NCBI GenBank assembly: GCA_047602405.1
Contig: JASGHJ010000001.1
Span: 1,504,001 to 1,568,000, forward strand
DNA: 64,000 nt
Direction of reading: 5' to 3'
Source of the DNA: Anaeromyxobacteraceae bacterium
GTDB lineage: Bacteria > Myxococcota > Myxococcia > Myxococcales > Anaeromyxobacteraceae
Part shown: piece by piece, positions 63,020 through 64,000 of the stretch
Layout: each line of letters begins with the position of its first letter
How positions within the stretch are numbered: position 1 is the stretch's first letter
Made by a program: the position numbers and the translations under genes
Notes under the pieces: model-generated
What the model was told of the DNA's origin: nothing
Seen by the model: only the letters and a program-made list of their open reading frames with translations
Database searches by the model: none

Positions 63020-63976
63020 CTAGCCTTTTTGCCACCAACCGAGCTCCACGAGCCCCCCGCCGTACGCGCGCCACGCGACCGGCCGGTCCGGGCCGCCCGC
63101 GCAGCGGTGCCGGACGAGCCGCTCCCCGGCCCGGATCACGCGCCCGCCGCAGTCCGGGCACCGGAAGCGGCCCTCGAGCCCGGCGCGCTCGGCCTCGGTG
63201 AGCGGCCCCTCCGGTCCGGCGCCGCCGCCGGACGCCGGAGGCGGCCCGTGTCGGACGACGGCCGGCCCGAAGAGCCCCCGCGCCCGGTAGGCCTCGAGCT
63301 CGGCCAGCTCCGCCGCCTCGCCGCCCTCGGCGCGGTCCACGTCCGCGCGCGCGAGCGCCCGGCACGCGTCGCACGGCGGGAAGCCCGCCGAGCGCACCGG
63401 CAGCACCGTCGCCCCGCCGGTGCGGACCTCCTCCCAGTCCTCGCGGGCGTCGATCTCGACGACCGGCACGCCCGCGGCCGCGAGCGCGTCCTCCTTCAGG
63501 GGCCCGACCTCGTGCGTGACCCGCACCTCGAGCGCGAGCGCGGGCCTCCCGCCGCGGGTGACGAGCACGTCGGCCCTGTACTGCAGGCGTGCGCCCTCGG
63601 CGGGCGCGGGCGCGCCGATCGCGCCCTCCGGCACCGCCGCGTCGCCGAGCGCCGCGAGGTCCCGCGGCGCGAGCCGGCGGCAGCCGGGGCACCGCGTCGC
63701 GAGCGTCACCTCCAGCCGGCCGGCGAAGGCGTCCGCGCAGAGCGCGAGCAGCCGCTCCTTCGCGTCGAGGTGGAGGATCGTCTCCGGCGCGGTGAGCGGG
63801 CAGGAGGAGCCGGGCTGGTGCGCGAAGTGCCGGGCGCGGACGGTCCCGAGGTGCGGCACGAGCGGCTCGCCGCAGCCGAGGCAGGTGAAGGGGGCCCGCC
63901 GCCGGCGGTCGCGCGGGTCGAGCCGCTTCGCGTCCACCTTCTCGCCGGCCGCGTCGCGGGCCCAGGCGAGCAGCAC
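63020..63976 (-). CDS. CoiA-like zinc-finger / PD-(D/E)XK nuclease-family protein
   Basis: FTCLGCGEPLV...HFAH, ETILHLDAK, YRADV...ALEV; additional CxxC pairs. Confidence 0.65.
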   Translation of the reverse strand: MLLAWARDAAGEKVDAKRLDPRDRRRRAPFTCLGCGEPLVPHLGTVRARHFAHQPGSSCPLTAPETILHLDAKERLLALCADAFAGRLEVTLATRCPGCRRLAPRDLAALGDAAVPEGAIGAPAPAEGARLQYRADVLVTRGGRPALALEVRVTHEVGPLKEDALAAAGVPVVEIDAREDWEEVRTGGATVLPVRSAGFPPCDACRALARADVDRAEGGEAAELAELEAYRARGLFGPAVVRHGPPPASGGGAGPEGPLTEAERAGLEGRFRCPDCGGRVIRAGERLVRHRCAGGPDRPVAWRAYGGGLVELGWWQKG

Positions 63977-64000
63977 GCGCCCATCCGACAGGCGGCGCCC

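Noticed and set aside
63969..63990. Third PafBC-like motif before the CoiA-like gene (TGTCGG on the minus strand)
   Set aside because: The TA expected 10 nt downstream is missing and the spacing runs into the start codon.

Overview
Very GC-rich bacterial chromosome segment. Gene content (AglZ/FrzS-like pseudo-receiver, Oar-like TonB receptor locus, short EF-Ts) suggests a myxobacterium, probably Anaeromyxobacter-like (inference). Most of it is housekeeping or envelope genes: polysaccharide genes, a DUF3857/transglutaminase TPR pair, two tandem cytochrome c peroxidases, hemW, an OPT transporter, prmA-rsmE, acyl-CoA carboxylase and methylmalonyl-CoA mutase genes, tonB-exbBDD with a divergent Oar-like receptor, and rpsB-tsf. 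Two mobile elements are clear. One is an intact IS4-family element (16641-18083, 10-bp target duplication). The other is the standout: a 2.2-kb transposase-free element (32141-34338) with perfect 15-bp terminal inverted repeats and a TA duplication at a CTAG site. It encodes only a 645-aa TnpB/Cas12-like RuvC nuclease with an intact D-E-D triad, preceded by a PafBC/RecA-NDp-type promoter motif. Also notable: a sigma54-type transcript ending in C-rich-loop hairpins (candidate sRNA and/or small ORF), a REP/REPIN-like repeat family with one copy sitting where the catalytic core of an HNH gene is expected, and three +1 frameshifts sharing an AGA>AGAA signature that are probably assembly errors. 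I saw no CRISPR array, tRNA or rRNA.
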